DNA of 60,425 nucleotides, counting the filler, from Dirinaria sp. TL-2023a (lineage: Eukaryota): NCBI GenBank assembly GCA_051941275.1. It is 11 parts of 11 records of this genome, joined end to end, with 100 filler letters (N's around TTAATTAATTAA, not from the genome) between each part and the next. Parts side by side here need not be neighbours in the genome. Positions count along the whole stretch, not along the records: positions 1 to 5,414 come from JAVEBF010001667.1; positions 5,515 to 10,925 come from JAVEBF010001668.1; positions 11,026 to 16,435 come from JAVEBF010001669.1; 8 more parts are not named here. One strand, given 5' to 3'. Every line of letters begins with the position of its first letter. Within the stretch, counting starts at the first letter, position 1. The position numbers were made by a program, and so were the translations under genes. Under the pieces are notes generated by a model. The model was given only the letters and a program-made list of their open reading frames with translations. It made no database searches and was not told the DNA's origin. Below, piece by piece: positions 1 to 11,842 of this stretch.

Positions 1-32
1 GAAGAAAAGGAGGTGGGGGGGGAGGGACGTAC

Positions 33-1236
33 GAGTAGAAGTCATAGAAATCGATTTCCTCACGTGTCAGGCCGGAGACTTGGAGACAGGCATCGAGTGA
101 GCGTGAGATGGCTGGGCTTGAATGGTAGTTTGGGCGTTCCCAGACTGTTTTCCGTCAGTGGGCTTTTCCGATGCTCCAATATGAGATACTTGCAGTTGTC
201 AGAGTCTTGGGTTCCGGCTCCGCCTCGTGGGTAGATCCATTTGCTTTCAGGGATGCCTAGCTCTCTGGCATACTTGACTGATGTTAGGATACAGCTTGCC
301 GCAAGATTCACATTGTTGAATGCGTTCATCAAGAGCGGATCTAATTTTCCAATCAGCGTATGATTTGAGCAATAGGGAAGAATATGATACGTACAAGGGA
401 AGCAAATCATGCGGTTCTTCGTCGTCACGGTAGCGATCTCATTTTCACTTGCAGCTGCCTGTCCCGAGCTCCATGCATACTCGTTACGCTTTGCAATTTT
501 GGCAAAGTCGGCGTATAGTCGCGCTGATTCCATATGGTTCTGCTCGATCGTCTGCTTACGGTGGGCTCGGAATGCATTCTCATACAGAGGATACACATGG
601 ATCGGGAGACCAATGGAATGCGCGGCACCGATATCTACAGTGCCGTGCCATGATTGAGCAAGAATGCAAACGGCTGGATATTGAGATCACCTACTGTTCT
701 CGGATCGACCGAGTTTGAGAGGAAAGACAGCTTCCACGTGTGGATCTGGCTTGGTCCAGTGACTCGGTGGCCTCTGCGCAGTTTTGCATGCGCTGACTGC
801 TCAGGAGCCTGCATATCAGCTCTTGATCATCTGTGGGTGCTAAGTCCTTACGAGAGGCCAAAGCTTCCCCGCCAGTAATCAGCGCCACTCTGCTCTCACC
901 GCATGAGATGCGGCGAGCTGCTTCGTCTAACAACTTAACCGGCTGATTGCCCCCTTGTTCACTGTATACGCTATGCTTGGGGCGAATCCCTAGCCTTCCT
1001 GAAAGAAGGCCAGGTAGGTCCGCGTAAGGCCAAGTCCATGTCCTGACCACGTTGACGCTGTCAATCTTCGATTGAAGCCCTTCTTTCAGAGAAGGCACCG
1101 ATGTGGCGTCTTCAAGAGCACGCAGACTTGCTTGGAGCATGAGCTGCATGGGCTCAATTGCATCTGCGATCTTGGTAGATTCATTTTTGAAGTCGCCAAC
1201 GCCAATGAGAATGGGTGTCTCATGACCAGTAGCCAT
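33..1236 (-). CDS. Thiolase-like protein (acetyl-CoA acetyltransferase/TLP1-like family), multi-exon, 3' end lies outside the window
   Basis: Spliced translation gives PILIGVGD, WTWPY, GGNQPVKLLDEAARRI, GGEALAS, YPLYENA, YPLLMNAFNNVNLAA and FWERPNYHSSPAI...DFYDFYS. The last visible exon ends at 33 at a GTACGT donor. Introns restore the frame, including one GC-AG intron (193..145). Confidence 0.8.
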
Positions 1237-2328
1237 TTTCTTTCATGTCACAATTTGTCGATAGTGATCAAATTAATTCCTAATAACTTGGCCGTGTCTT
1301 TATCGGCGCTTTTCAAATTTTGCAAATTAGCCATCAAGCCAGTGGAAATTTGACGACATCGAGAGTAAAGCTGAACAACGATGCGGGCGAGAGATGTAAG
1401 ACTAGTTTGCCCAGAAGAGAAGCTAGATGTGAAACACAAATGGAACAGTTGCTACACTTGTCTTACCGACATGGCTTCGCGAACACAAATTTTGAAATTA
1501 TATCGAGCATTCAATTCTGTCAGAATACAGTACAGAGGTACAATTCAGCGTAGTTTTAGTTGCAGGGGATGAAGAGATGTACAGTACAATATCGCATCCA
1601 AGACTTACCGTGGATCAAGACTTAGCATCACCTCGAAGGTACGATGACCACGATTGAAGGAGCAATCGATTATTGGATTTTCAGGGTTTGTCTAGGGTTC
1701 AAGATGGCTTCAAAACGAGTGCCAAAAACAGAACCATGCAAATTTTTCGGTGACTCCCAGGGATGAACCACCGCGATAAGGCCGATAAGCCATCAACTCG
1801 TTCTGCTCGGCTCTCAACGCTTTTCTCTTTCAAGCTTGGACTTCCATCAACCGCGACACCGATGCCTTTTTCATTCTGGCATCAAAATATGGATTGGTCA
1901 TGGTCGCATTGTGCCTGCCCTTGCGCGGCGGCTAAAGCAGTAGTACGGTACAGTAGTCTTTGGTTCCGCTTGGAAAACGTCAATCTCGTTCTCCACTTGC
2001 ACTTGCCGCATTGCTTTTCTTGTAGTATGTCTCTCCTCTCCCTAGTATTTGATTTCTCTCGCTCAAGCTATTGTCTTGGAGTTCCTTTTGCTCTGTGTAT
2101 ATTGTGTTTTATATCTGAATCAGTCTAGCAAGAATTCTTTGTCTTATTGCTGGTCGACATATTTTAATGCTTGCGACTGTCGTTTCTGCTCCTTTATTCT
2201 CGCGTACTTGACCAGATCCGGCCTCTAGGAAGGACGCAGCATTCCCAACGCCATTCTCCGTGTCTACCTGAATTTCATTGCTTTCTCTATATAGAATTCA
2301 ACGTTGTGTGACTGGCTATTTTGCCAGT

Positions 2329-5034
2329 ATGGCACTGCCCGAGCGGAATTTTCTGCCGGCCTCGGAGGATGTCCCGGCTTCCCAAGATCCCAGTGGTGAG
2401 TCAAGTGGTCAGGCTTCTCGCTCCGGTACGAAGACGCCCAAGAAGAGCGCCCGGATTCATTGGCAGTCAGAAGGCGAATCTATGGACAGCAAGAAGCAGC
2501 GGTCTACCTTCAATGTCCGGGATGAATCTGCTTCTCCGCCGAAGATTGAAAACAGGAAGCCTCTACCGTGGGATAGAAAGGGCTCTGCCAGTGCGAAGCC
2601 CCGCAGTCAGTCGCCTGCTCACCGACCGTCCGGAAGCTTTCCCGAGAATGTCTCCGAGGCACTGAAGAGAGCCTCGCCAAGGCCGTCGATACTAAGGGGA
2701 TCTTCCAAAGACTCAAGCGGAAGCGACGATGAGGACGAAGCCGTCCAAGATGAGTTTACGGTCAGTAAAAGGATCGCACAGCGTACTGCGCAGACCAAAG
2801 CTCAACGACTATCACGTGATCTGGGGATCAAATCTGCACCGGGCTCAAAATACACGTCGCCTGTCAGTTCGCCTCCCCCATCGCCACCACCTGAAGAACA
2901 GTACAGAACCTCGATTGATTTAGAGAGTATACCATTGGAGAGACTGCAGACAAAGCGGAGGCGGTATGGTATCGAAGATGATACGGAATCCGAAGCCAGT
3001 GGAGGGGAGGAACCCCACAAAAAGCACAACCGCTTTTACAGAGCTGCAGAGAGACTCGTAAAGCGGCACAGAATGCAAGATGCTAGAAATCTGTTTCGAG
3101 CGCCAGCAATGTCATCTCAGTCAAGTTTGCACTCTGGTCAGATCACCCCTGAAGCCGACAGAGATCTACATGAATACGTGCCAAGACCAAAGGAATATCG
3201 CGAAGGTGTCTTGTCCTCCCTCTTGAGGCTGTACAACGAGCAGGGCGTTGGCGCTGCAGCAAGCCAATCTCTCCAGCATGCTCGTAGCAATATACGTGGG
3301 AGCAATCGAGACTCGTTGCTCGATTCAGGCGCTGCATCGCCTTTCTCTTCAGGGCAGGTCACGCCAGAGCAACGAAGAGACACTGGAAAAGAGACGCCCA
3401 GGCACCAGAAATGGTATTCTAAAGAACCCAGTCCTTCTTCAACCCCATCAATCGCAAATCTGGTAAGCTCCTCAAGAAGTCTTGCCCAACCGACAGCTGC
3501 ACCCTTGACGCAGGCAGAGGCAACCTCACCGCCCATTCACGGAAGGAAAGCTGGGATGAGACCGGCACCAAGGCCTAGGCCCGCAAGACACGGAAGTAGT
3601 CAAGCCTTGAGTTCCATCTTCCGTAAAGCTCTAGGTGGAGGAGCAGAAGAAGAAGAAATCAAAATCCAATTACACGTTGCAGATGTGTTGAAGCGACACC
3701 AGTATCTTCTCAAACTCTGTAAAGCGCTGATAAGCTATGGTGCACCCAGCCATCGCTTAGAAGAATGTATGCGGATGTCCGCAAGAGTCCTTGAAGTGGA
3801 TGGCCAATTCCTCTACATCCCAGGTTGTATGATTGTATCATTTGACGACTCGGGTACCCATACAACAGAAGTCCGCATTGTTAGAACAGCTCAAGGAGTA
3901 AACCTGGGCAAACTCGGAGACACCCACGATGTCTACAAAGAAGTCCTCCACGACCGTATCGACTTGGACGAAGCAATGATGCGCCTCAACGAGATCATGC
4001 GAGCGAAGGACAGGTATCCACCTTGGCTCCTTGTCGGCGTCTACGGTCTAGCCAGCGTCTGTGTCGGACCTTTTGCATTTGGCGCCCGCGCCATTGACCT
4101 TCCCATCGCTTTTCTCTTGGGCTCTCTCCTAGGAATATTGCAGCTAGTCCTCACACCACGCTCGGAGCTTTACTCTAATGTATCCGAGATTATAGCCGCC
4201 GTTCTGACCTCTTTCCTCGCACGCGCTTTCGGATCTATACGGAACGGCGAACTATTCTGCTTCTCCGCGCTTGCACAGTCCGCTATTGCTCTGATTCTGC
4301 CCGGTTACATCGTGCTCTGCGGCTCCCTTGAGCTGCAATCCCGTAACATAGTCGCTGGCTCTGTCCGCATCGTGTACGCCGTCATCTATTCCCTCTTCCT
4401 CGGCTTCGGCATCACAATCGGGACATCCGTCTACGGCAGCATGTCCTCCAAAGCAACCTCCGACACCACTTGCCGCACATCGACGCCTGTCTGGTTCCCA
4501 TTCATCTTTGTGCCGCCCTTCACGCTATGCCTCATCATCATCAATCATGGCAAAATCAAGCAAATGCCCGTTATGCTGCTCATCGCTTTCGTCGGGTACA
4601 TCGTCAACCACTTTTCAGCGAAACGCTTCGCCTCCAACGCACAGATCGCGAACACGCTCGGTGCCTTGGCCGTCGGCGTCCTAGGGAACCTCTATTCCCG
4701 CCTCCGCCACGGTGTGGCAGCTACGGCGCTCCTGCCTGCGATCTTCGTGCAAGTTCCCTCAGGCCTCGCTGCGAGTGGATCATTAGTATCCGGCGTGACA
4801 TCCGCCAACCAAATCACGAATCAAACGGTGAACGGAACGCTGGTCAGTGGGACCACGACCGTGTCACAAGGCGGCCAGGGTGGCTTGGCAGGCGGCGGAA
4901 ACGTGAATAGCATGGTGTTGAACGTCGGGTATAGCATGATTCAGGTCGCCATCGGCATCACGGTGGGGTTGTTCCTGGCTGCGCTCATCGTGTATCCGCT
5001 TGGGAAGAGGAGGAGCGGGTTATTTAGTTTTTGA
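2329..5034 (+). CDS. PRM10: Pheromone-regulated membrane protein 10-like, ThrE/DUF1212 (threonine/serine exporter) family
   Basis: Intronless ORF, first ATG at 2329. Long disordered Ser/Pro-rich N-terminus, then YGAPSHRLE, ILPGYIVLCGSLEL, LLPAIFVQVPSGLA and about 10 hydrophobic segments. Ends GKRRSGLFSF. Confidence 0.88.
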   Translation: MALPERNFLPASEDVPASQDPSGESSGQASRSGTKTPKKSARIHWQSEGESMDSKKQRSTFNVRDESASPPKIENRKPLPWDRKGSASAKPRSQSPAHRPSGSFPENVSEALKRASPRPSILRGSSKDSSGSDDEDEAVQDEFTVSKRIAQRTAQTKAQRLSRDLGIKSAPGSKYTSPVSSPPPSPPPEEQYRTSIDLESIPLERLQTKRRRYGIEDDTESEASGGEEPHKKHNRFYRAAERLVKRHRMQDARNLFRAPAMSSQSSLHSGQITPEADRDLHEYVPRPKEYREGVLSSLLRLYNEQGVGAAASQSLQHARSNIRGSNRDSLLDSGAASPFSSGQVTPEQRRDTGKETPRHQKWYSKEPSPSSTPSIANLVSSSRSLAQPTAAPLTQAEATSPPIHGRKAGMRPAPRPRPARHGSSQALSSIFRKALGGGAEEEEIKIQLHVADVLKRHQYLLKLCKALISYGAPSHRLEECMRMSARVLEVDGQFLYIPGCMIVSFDDSGTHTTEVRIVRTAQGVNLGKLGDTHDVYKEVLHDRIDLDEAMMRLNEIMRAKDRYPPWLLVGVYGLASVCVGPFAFGARAIDLPIAFLLGSLLGILQLVLTPRSELYSNVSEIIAAVLTSFLARAFGSIRNGELFCFSALAQSAIALILPGYIVLCGSLELQSRNIVAGSVRIVYAVIYSLFLGFGITIGTSVYGSMSSKATSDTTCRTSTPVWFPFIFVPPFTLCLIIINHGKIKQMPVMLLIAFVGYIVNHFSAKRFASNAQIANTLGALAVGVLGNLYSRLRHGVAATALLPAIFVQVPSGLAASGSLVSGVTSANQITNQTVNGTLVSGTTTVSQGGQGGLAGGGNVNSMVLNVGYSMIQVAIGITVGLFLAALIVYPLGKRRSGLFSF

Positions 5035-5414
5035 CGCCATTTTTCACGACATTTGATTTTGAGCAGGCAATTAGGGCGGGGATTGGGAAAAGCACGAAGG
5101 CGGGGTATCTTTGCCCTGTAAAAACGGGGTTTGCAGGCAAAAATTTGGTTTCCTCGTTTTCCCCCCTTTGCGTTCCCTGCCCCCTTAATAAGAGGAATTA
5201 AGGAACGGGGTTTTGGACCTCGAAGGACTCATGAAGTTAGCGAGCCAAAAAAGAATAATGAGGCTTTTTTTCTAGGCTTTTTTTTCTGGGAATAATATAT
5301 ATAACCTCTCGTGTGTGAGAGAGAATGAATCATACTACCGCTCGCTCTAAAATTCCTTCTATACGCACGTACATGGCCTGGTCTTTTTCTTTTTTTGGGG
5401 GGGGGGGGGGGGGG

Positions 5415-5514
5415 NNNNNNNNNNNNNNNNNNNNNNNNNNNNNNNNNNNNNNNNNNNNTTAATTAATTAANNNNNNNNNNNNNNNNNNNNNNNNNNNNNN
5501 NNNNNNNNNNNNNN
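5415..5514. other. Artificial contig spacer
   Basis: N44-TTAATTAATTAA-N44; stops in all six frames. Confidence 0.99.
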
Positions 5515-6007
5515 GGGATGGGGAGGTGGGGAGCGTTGATTTTTCTCGATCCGAAGACGATAGGTAGCTTATTTTCCTTTTTGTTTTTTTTCCCCCTTTC
5601 ACAATCGAATCCTTATTATTAAAGAGACTTGACTTTTCCACTTTGAGTACTTCAATTGATTTGAATGGAAGACTGTAGGGGTTTCGAATCAGCGGATCGG
5701 AAATCCGAAGGCCCCATCGAAATTGTTCTTGGCAGGCCAGGCAGACACAGACAGTCAATACTTCACCGCTTACCTTATCTTAGAGGACTTATAGACCCTA
5801 CCTTAAGGTACTGTACCTACCTTAAAGCATGAGTGCTTGCGTCACATCTTGGCCCAGTGGAACTTCAGAGTCCTCGATACCTTCAGGTAACTCGGACGAA
5901 TGTCGACAGTACGATATGAGAGAGACGAAGAGCCAAGGAACAAGACGCAGGCGGGATATGAAGAATCACAAACCATTCTACTATTTTTTGCTACTCGTAC
6001 ATAAAAT

Positions 6008-7577
6008 CTACAGGTATTTCTTCGGTCCTTGCGCCCGCCTGCGCTTGTATATGATGTACGAGCCGGCCAGCAGCGCTTGGAAGGCGACGATTATGAACAG
6101 GAAAAGGCCGATGCGGGGAGATCTGGTGTGGATGACTTTTGTGTTCACGTTAGTTCGTGAAGGCATATATCAGACTGTTATGGAGGGCTTATTGTGGAGG
6201 GGAAAAAACTGACTGTCTGTCATGTGCGCCGGTAGGCTCTGCATCAGATTCCCATGCGAGTCCTTGAAGATGGCTTGTAGGCTTGAGAATTCTTTTTGGT
6301 AATCGCGCACGGTCTTCTCAATGCCTTGGATCCTGGAATCCATAGCGTTGAGCTGATCCGCGGACATGACGTTGCGGGATATCTCCCGATGTCTGCCTTC
6401 GGAATCACCGGTGAGTTTCGAAACCGCTTGCTGAACGTTTTCGATGGCGTGGGCCATCGTCTGTAGTCGATTGTGTAGGTCTTCGAATTGGGCGGCCTGA
6501 GACGCAAACTGAGAGGCCGGAATATCTGCAGGTTGCTGCGCCTGTTGATAGGCCGGTGGCTGCTGGTATTGCTGTTCTTGCTGAGAGGGTGGCGGAGGCT
6601 GATTTCTTCGTGGTTCTTCTCGTGCAACGGACGACGAGGTGGTCGTTACGAATTTGTAGATCTCGAAAGTATCAGGCGTATCTGCTGAGGCAGCTGTGAT
6701 GCCGAAAGAGTAATCTGAAGGGAGTTTGATCTGCCTATAGTTAATAAGACTATGGGTGCCGGGAGCAGATGTTGCAGACCTTGTCAGAAGAGAAACACTG
6801 TCGGCCGTCGACGTCCACTGCAAACTTGTTCGCTTCTTGCCTTACCAGAATCTGCGATGGACGGCCTAAATTACGGTATGCGTAATCGCAATGACCGAAA
6901 GCCAATGAATCTACTGCGTGGTGATTGCGGTAGTCGGTGCTCCCGTCGTTCATGAAGCCGCGGATACTTCCCCCCTACAACAGTTAGTCCAGGCACTCAT
7001 GGTACGGGATAGTCACCCTACTTTGCCGCCGTATGTATCTATGACAAGTGCCAGGCCATCAAATTTCCCTACAGTGTAGATGCTGGCTGTGTCGACACTA
7101 GCCCGGCCGTCCTTTGTGTACCACAGTTGTAAGTTTCCACCCCCTCTTTCTGGGCCGCTGGCTCGAAAATCAAAGTTAGATTTCCATTCTGACTTAGAAT
7201 TACTGACAGAGGTATTAGCCGACACGTCGCCGTGTTAGGAGGGGTGATTACCTTGCGTCTGCCCATATGGCTCCTCGACGATTCCCGGGGTAAGGAGGAG
7301 TGAGAATGATTTTGTCTGACAGCTATATCAGTCAGCGGCGTGACCCTCGATGCAATTGAAAGCTTGCAAAGTACCAATGCAGGCTGCTGGTTTTCCGGTA
7401 GTAATCGCCAGCCAGGTACGCCGTTGTTATTTGGCGATATACTGACTTAGTTAGCTGTAGCTCAATCTTCCATGGTGATGTTGCATACGTCTCTTTGTGT
7501 CCAAAACTTAGGCTTTCTATCAAATACTGGGCTCTCACCCTACCCAACGCGAAAAGTATGGGAAGCAAGACTCTCAT
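6008..7577 (-). CDS. EMP47: L-type (legume-like) lectin ER-Golgi cargo receptor, Emp46/47-ERGIC-53 family, multi-exon
   Basis: Signal peptide MRVLLPILFALGRVRA. Lectin motifs DFRASGPERGGGNLQLWY, FDGLALVID, IRGFMNDGS, AFGHCDYAYRN, FGITAASADTPDTFE. Coiled-coil stalk, C-terminal TM helix and a KKxx-type tail (RRRAQGPKKYL*, stop at 6008). Confidence 0.85.
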
Positions 7578-8185
7578 CTTGACGCTCGCGTGTGCTTGCA
7601 GCTAGTCGTTGGCTGCAAACCCTCGGAATTGTTCGTGCAGAAGAGATGCTGGACTTGGAATGGCACAGTCTTGGTGCTTCAAATACTTCGAATTGCTGAT
7701 ATGGGAACGAAGCTTAAGTGGCGGTCTATTGAGAGGATCTTCTATACATAAGGACACTCCGAACAATGCTCGCTGTAGTATAACCTAGCACGGCAGCAAA
7801 TACACAATATTTTATTTCCCTAACGACGGACACAGTGGAAGGGCCTAGATCAATGGAATGTCGGATGTTGAGGGGTGGAACGGCGACGGCGTGCCTGACA
7901 GCGACATCCGAGATGTCCATTTACTTTACTTTACTTTAATTCATGACTTCAAGTTGCCTCGCTGGCTTCTGCCACAGCTTCTCGGATACTGCCGTGTTTC
8001 GTGTTTCAGCCACAGCCACATCGGCCCCGGATGAACCTTGTAGCGGGCGACTTCATCCGAACGTTTTCAGTGGGGGCCCTTGAAGGGGCTCCTGATGATT
8101 TCTTCCTACCTTGAGTTTCTTGCTCTTTCTGGCTGCTGGCTTGGGAACCCAAACCTACAGCCATGCCACTGCTCGTGTCATCGCA

Positions 8186-9959
8186 ATGACACATCAGTAC
8201 CCGACGATAACACAATGTGCCGTCGTGGCGACGGCTTTCAAAGTTTTACTCTTTCCTACCTAGTATGTACGCGTTGCAAGCCCCGAGTTGAGACGTCAAA
8301 ATAATGACTGGCAATGCTGCAGCAAATCCACTGACTTTGAGGTCCACCGGAACTGGCTTGCGATCACTCACACATTGTCCCCAAGCCGGTGGTATTATGA
8401 GGTATGCCAATCTCGCCGCTGCTTGCGCCTTTGTGACTCTACGGCTCAATCTCTTTTGAAGGACACCTCACAATGGACCCTCGACTACCCGCCATTCTTT
8501 GCCTATTTCGAATGGCTACTTTCCCGATTGGCGCTATACGTTGATCCTGACATGCTGAAATTGGATCATCTTGACTATGATTACTGGACTGCGGTCTACT
8601 TTCAGCGGTCAACCGTCATCGTCGCGGAGCTCACGTTGGTCTATGCACTCCGCAAGTATGTTCTACGTGGGGGGCTATAGAATACAATAGTAATTGCTTA
8701 CAGATTTGTGCAAACGAGTCCAAAAAGTTCGAAAACTGCTGCTAATGCGGTTGCAATTTCGATACTCCTCTCACCAGCTTTGCTGATCATTGACCATATA
8801 CACTTTCAGTACAATGGCTTCCTTTACGGACTTTTAATCTTGTCGCTCGTCCTTGCAAGGGAGCAGACGACAATGCTTTTCTCTGGCCTTCTGTTCGCGG
8901 CACTGCTGTGCTTCAAACATATCTACCTGTACCTGGCACCAGCTTATTTCGTCTTTCTTTTGAGGGCCTACTGCTTGGGCCAGGACTCAATATTTCATGT
9001 ACGATTTGGTAATTGTATTCAACTTGCGCTGGGCTTGTCGCTTGTATTCGCTAGCGCTTTTGGACCATTCGTCTACTGGGCTCAAGCGGACCAGCTTTTG
9101 AGCCGATTATTCCCGTTCTCACGAGGCCTTTGCCACGCTTACTGGGCCCCCAATGTCTGGGCTATGTACTCATTCACTGATAGGGTCCTCATCTATGGTA
9201 AAAATTGCCTACCGGATGGCTAGTAGACACCTTGCTGATAATTTCTAGTTGCGCCAAACCTTGGTCTGAAGGTAGATCAAACTGCAGTAGATAGCGTTAC
9301 ACGGGGCCTTGTTGGCGACACCTCTTTCGCCGTGCTTCCCAACGTTCAACCTCGCACAACTTTCCTATTGACATTGCTCTTCCAAGTGGTACGTCGAAGA
9401 GCAAGTTTTCGCACATACTATTACTCACGTTCGGTAGCTTTGCCTGATCAAGCTTTTCTTGAGACCAACTTGGGATATGTTTGTCGGCGCCGTCACCCTA
9501 TGTGGCTACGCATCTTTCCTATTCGGTTGGCATGTGCACGAAAAAGCCATACTATTGGTGATAATACCTTTCAGCCTTTTGGCGCTCAAAAATCGCCGAT
9601 ACCTTGGCGCGTTCAGACCCTTAGCCGTGGCTGGACATGTGTCACTGTTTCCTCTGCTCTTCACAGCTGCAGAGTTTCCGACGAAGACAGTGTACTCGGT
9701 CTTCTGGCTCATTCTGTTCTTGCTGGTCTTCGATCAGTTGGCACCCGCGGCTTCTCAGGCACGCGTGTTCCTTCTCGACCGATTTTCTTTGCTGTACATC
9801 GCAGTCGCAATTCCGCTGATTATTTACTGCTCCTTGATACATGAATTAGTCTTCGGCGCTAAATACGAGTTCATCCCGTTGATGTTTATAAGCTCGTACT
9901 CGGGAGTCGGTGTGGCAGGGAGTTGGGTGGGATTCTTGGTGGTTTATTTCACTACATAG
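8186..9959 (+). CDS. ALG8: Dolichyl-PP-Glc1Man9GlcNAc2 alpha-1,3-glucosyltransferase, multi-exon
   Basis: [82 protein letters not shown] introns restore the frame. Confidence 0.95.
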
Positions 9960-10925
9960 CGGATGATACCCCTGAAATTTTTCATTCCAGACTGTCCAGC
10001 ACATCTTCAATGAACATCCGTCTGTTGCCCATCTTTCCGTGCATTGTGCTCTGCGCGTTAAAGGCTGGAGTGTCCATGTTGTTCTGAGCTTTAAACATTG
10101 GCTAGATTGAAGTGCTATGGACATGAATCTTGAAGCTGGAAACCTGGGCGGCGGAATCCGCAAACTGAGATTGGGAGTACCGCTAGCTTAGGCCTTAGCA
10201 ATGGGTGGTGGAGAATAAGGCAGCCTCAAGAAAAAAAAAAAAACGGTTGAAACATCAGATTGTGTTATCATATCCTCGCATTCATTGGCTACTATACAAT
10301 ATGTAGATCTCACCTGCTCGGTTCAGATCTTTGCAATCTGGCGTATAATTCGTCTAATTGCCCCAAGAATGCAGCGAAAACTTCGCTGCATGCAAGAGAG
10401 ACCTAGGGGATACGCTTCCCGCAGCCATGTCTCAAAGCGCACTCATTTGTGGGCGTATGTAATTAGTAATAAGAGAAGAGTAATGAAATTCAATCCTCCA
10501 GTCTGCTCGTACCGAGGGTCTGGATGTACAGCTGCAGAGTGGACTCTGAGATATTGACTTGGAGAGCTCGTTTGCGACTGAAAACCCAGACTATCATCCG
10601 GTGATTGGAGGGAAATAGGTTTAGGAGCAAGCGAATCTCGATAATCTCTCCACATTTCCCATCCTCGGGTATTCTGGACTGTCCTCTGAGCGACGAGTCG
10701 AACGAGGTACTGTAATGCCATCGATGGTTGGCTGCTGCAGCTGCAATGGGCAGTGCTAGTGAAGAGGTTGGCATTTGAGGTGGGACACAGAAGGCGATTG
10801 CAAATCTTCGGCAATAGGCCGAAATAAGCTTTTTGGCGCTAAAGGACCATCCTACCAGCCTAGTACCAACCCGACGGGGAGTCTAACTGTACCCAAAAAG
10901 AACAAGCACCTCCAAACACTCACAC

Positions 10926-11025
10926 NNNNNNNNNNNNNNNNNNNNNNNNNNNNNNNNNNNNNNNNNNNNTTAATTAATTAANNNNNNNNNNNNNNNNNNN
11001 NNNNNNNNNNNNNNNNNNNNNNNNN
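10926..11025. other. Artificial contig spacer
   Basis: N44-TTAATTAATTAA-N44. Confidence 0.99.
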
Positions 11026-11842
11026 GGTTGTTTTTTTTTTTTTTTTTTTTTGCGTGGGTGCGTGCGTTTGTGCCAAGAAGGGGTGTTAGTTGATTGATGT
11101 AAGGTAGGGTAGCCACGCACGTAGAAACTCTTGAAACGAGGACTAAAACCGAACAAGAGAAGGAGAGAGAGAGGTACTCAGCAATACCTAAATACGAATA
11201 ATCGTACCTAGCCCCACAGTCCCCGCTGATTAATACCCCTCAACGTAAAACATTACTTAGTTTTCAGGGGGCATCCATTATTGTTTATATATGTATATAT
11301 GTATAAATGTATGTGCGGAGCCGTAGGAGGAAAAAATTCTTCTGTAAAAATAAAGTATAGACTAGACCAGGCGCCTACCTACATACCGTAGGTATGGCCC
11401 GGCCCTTTCCTTTAAAGGACTAAACAATAAGGGTCCCCCACAATGGGGAATAATAATGATGTGTCTCTCTCTCAAGACGAGACGAATAATGGACTTGCAG
11501 CTTTTTACCAAGAAAGCTTTGTGCGCGTGGAAACCCCCCTCCATAAGTACCTTACTAGTACCCTTGGAGAATGCTGCCGCAACACCCCCCTCCCTAATGC
11601 ATAAATTGAAAATTATTTTCCCCCCTTTCCGGACGACAGTCCCATGTTGCAAAACGCTGGGCGCCGATTAAGTGATGCTGAAAACAATTATAAAATAAAA
11701 AAATTCGATAACAACGCTCGCTAAAACGCAGAGTAGTGATACGCAAAAAGCAACCAAAGGCCTTTTTTTTTAACGCGTGCGTGCGTGGCGCCCTTTCGTA
11801 TGTACTGTGCGATTCCCTATTTTCTTTCTCTCTTATAAACAT

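Noticed and set aside
10443..10814. 123-aa minus-strand ORF and overlapping ORFs after ALG8
   Set aside because: No recognisable motifs, splice support or codon bias.
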